Assembly (NCBI GenBank): GCA_030167145.1
Contig: CP126532.1
Coordinates: 2,790,001 to 2,822,000, forward strand
DNA length: 32,000 bases
Source of the DNA: Ktedonobacterales bacterium
Lineage (GTDB): Bacteria; Chloroflexota; Ktedonobacteria; Ktedonobacterales; JADMIN01
Reading direction: 5' to 3'
The notes below the pieces were generated by a model, which was not told the origin of the DNA, ran no database searches, and worked only from the letters and a program-made list of their open reading frames with translations. The translations under genes were made by a program, and so were the position numbers. This document shows, in pieces, positions 31,218-32,000 of this stretch (within the stretch, counting starts at the first letter, position 1; each line of letters opens with the position of its first letter).

Positions 31218-32000
31218 TTAGGCGGTGTGGACTGGCGCTCGTTGCGCTTCTGGTGTTCCTGCTGGCGCGGTGGGTTTGGGCAGATAGCGTTCGGCGTGGC
31301 CGAGGGCGGTGAAGGAGAAGGCGAGGGGGATCAGGAAGGTGATGATGCCGATGACAAAGTAGATGAGGGCGACATTGCCGGTTTGCTCGATGGCGAAGCC
31401 GCCGAGGAAGGCGCCGAGGGGGATGGCCGACCAGGCGAGCACGCCAGCGATGCTGATGACGCGGCCCAGCAGTTCGTTGGGGACGATGGCCTGGCGCAGG
31501 CTGCCGGTGTTGATGTTGAAGAGGATGCCGAGGCCGGAGGCGAGCGCCCAGAGCGGCAGGGCGACCCAGTAGGCGTGTTGGGTGGCCATGATGGCGGTGA
31601 TGATACCTTCGAGCATGAGCGCGCCAAGGGCAACGCGGCTGAAGGTCCAGCGTTTTCGGAGCAGGCCAGCAAGGAGCGAGAGGACGACGACACCGGCGCT
31701 GCCTGCCGCGAAGAGCCAGGCAACCTGGGCATTGTCGGCGCCAAGGCGGACTTTGGCGAAGACGACGAGCTGGGTGTAGACGGTGGTACCGAAGAAATTG
31801 ACGAGGGCCATCATGGCGGAAATGTTACGCAGTACGGGATGACGCAGGACGTAGCGCAGGCCGTCGGCGACATCGCGCAGGATGTGGGTGCGCTTTGGTT
31901 CGCCTGGTGCGGTGTTGAAGCTGGCGCGGATGAGGGTGAGGGTGATGGCGGAGAGGAAGAAGGAGATGGCGTCGAAGGCCATGAAGCTGGCGACGGGGAG
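31218..32000 (-). CDS. MFS transporter, C-terminal half (partial; continues beyond the window end)
   Basis: The frame stays open from 31982 to base 32000 (LPVASF precedes the listed M). About 6 TM helices with an MFS-like cytoplasmic loop (RDVADGLRYVLRHPVLR). Confidence 0.75.
   Translation of the reverse strand, partial: LPVASFMAFDAISFFLSAITLTLIRASFNTAPGEPKRTHILRDVADGLRYVLRHPVLRNISAMMALVNFFGTTVYTQLVVFAKVRLGADNAQVAWLFAAGSAGVVVLSLLAGLLRKRWTFSRVALGALMLEGIITAIMATQHAYWVALPLWALASGLGILFNINTGSLRQAIVPNELLGRVISIAGVLAWSAIPLGAFLGGFAIEQTGNVALIYFVIGIITFLIPLAFSFTALGHAERYLPKPTAPAGTPEAQRAPVHTA

Overview
High-GC bacterial chromosomal window. The taxon cannot be fixed from this sequence; the T-box leader, REC-ANTAR regulator and RicT/YaaT suggest a Gram-positive-style, Chloroflexota- or Actinobacteria-like genome. 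About 30 CDS are supportable once ORF-track starts are trimmed to start codons backed by a Shine-Dalgarno site. Many long ORFs in other frames or on the opposite strand are high-GC artefacts. Left to right: a membrane-anchored protein and a secreted papain-fold (C39-like) peptidase; GNAT acetyltransferase and SAM methyltransferase; a GH3 lipoprotein; an ECF sigma factor with a BNR-propeller anti-sigma candidate; RicT/YaaT; an orphan REC-ANTAR regulator; DUF2721 and HdeD-like membrane proteins; HtrA; OtsA behind a 630-aa low-complexity membrane protein; an Ile-type T-box leader driving alaX-like plus ileS; a membrane protein and an alpha/beta hydrolase; a cytoplasmic arylsulfatase-DUF1232-FGE-DUF202 cluster; three small proteins; and a partial MFS transporter. 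No tRNA, rRNA, CRISPR, transposase or obvious defence genes were seen. The most unusual signals are non-coding. (1) A completely error-free 10-bp tandem array, (GATACGCGGG) x ~108.7 over 1087 bp, fills a divergent intergenic region, ends 35 nt from a gene start and matches a continuous G-quadruplex motif. (2) A family of GC-rich hairpins with a C(T/C)AC tail has REP-like architecture, and some copies lie inside ORFs. (3) Two further short tandem repeats: 14 bp x ~4.7 upstream of the ECF sigma gene, and 51 bp x ~2.5 across a stop codon. (4) The AlaX-like editing protein under the Ile T-box has DxxxH where CxxxH is expected.
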